From a virus (Duplodnaviria > Caudoviricetes), in IMG/VR virus record IMGVR_UViG_3300008255_000135, positions 5,351 through 69,350 of that record: a DNA stretch of 64,000 bases. One strand, 5' to 3'. Shown one piece after another: positions 63,743-64,000 of the stretch (the stretch's first letter is position 1; each line of letters starts with the position of its first letter). Below the pieces are notes generated by a model that worked only from the letters and a program-made list of their open reading frames with translations, was not told the origin of the DNA and did no database searches. A program made the translations under genes and the position numbers.

Positions 63743-64000
63743 CTACCCGAGCTCGGCTACCAGACGGATCGCCTCCATCAGACCGATCCCGAGGCGATCG
63801 CGCAAAGTCGTGGCCTTGGTCAAACGGTTGGTCCCTGGCGGGAGACCCGCGAGGATTTCCCGCGCTTGAACTTGCCGCGGCTCGGGCGCTGGCTCTGGCT
63901 CTGGCTCGGCAAGTGCGTTGACCAGGTCTTCGCTGGTCCAGAACAAGGCCTCCTTGGGCGGCTCCGACCGGGAGGGCCGCTTCTTGGCGCGGGCTGTTCC
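63743..64000 (-). CDS. Hypothetical protein truncated by the window; C-terminus resembles the ribosomal L7/L12 C-terminal helix motif
   Basis: ATTLRDRLGIGLMEAIRLVAE; frame open to the window edge. Confidence 0.5.
   Translation of the reverse strand, partial: GTARAKKRPSRSEPPKEALFWTSEDLVNALAEPEPEPAPEPRQVQAREILAGLPPGTNRLTKATTLRDRLGIGLMEAIRLVAELG

Larger units (their letters stand above)
1..64000. mobile_element. Segment of a tailed bacteriophage (contractile tail) genome or prophage
   Basis: Portal, protease, capsid, sheath, tube, tape measure and baseplate genes in phage order, plus a phage-type replication module; no host housekeeping operons seen. Confidence 0.96.

Noticed and set aside
1-64000. 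CRISPR array, tRNA genes, integrase, introns or inteins
   Set aside because: No spaced repeat array, cloverleaf, tyrosine/serine recombinase motif or intein-sized interruption was seen by eye; tRNAscan and HMM searches would be needed to be certain

Overview
A 64-kb GC-rich segment of a tailed-phage genome with a contractile tail (myovirus-like). It is truncated at both ends, and almost all genes are on the minus strand. Reading in the transcribed direction (from 64000 down): (i) a small accessory block with a stand-alone Fis-type HTH, an all-alpha NTP pyrophosphatase and an MT-A70 methyltransferase; (ii) a head module with portal, MuF-like protein, multidomain XkdF-type protease, second protease/scaffold and HK97-type major capsid; (iii) neck, sheath, tube, a tail chaperone with a candidate -1 frameshift, tape measure, baseplate and fibre genes; (iv) a lysis-like membrane cluster; (v) a plus-strand island (19.9-25.3 kb) with a MoxR AAA+ ATPase, an inserted HNH gene, a vWA-metallopeptidase, a lipoprotein, Tmk and RuvC; (vi) a replication/recombination module with DUF3150-like protein, sigma factor, split ParB-like gene, SF2 helicase, replication-initiator-like protein, DnaB-like helicase, primase, UDG-fused PolA, UvsY-like protein, gp32-like SSB, RecA and SbcD/SbcC. 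No terminase, integrase, tRNA, CRISPR array or reverse transcriptase was recognised. The most interesting signals are non-coding: an ~80-nt antisense RNA with its own promoter and terminator lying over the initiator's start region; a 15/16 match to the bacterial parS consensus; a 4-copy operator-like motif shared by the DUF3150, MoxR and vWA promoters; a set of leaderless promoters; and a ~310-bp hairpin-rich stretch upstream of recA. The antisense RNA and parS together suggest a plasmid-like prophage state. All protein calls rest on motif recognition by eye, with no database searches. The host is not established; a GC-rich diderm such as Myxococcota is only a guess.
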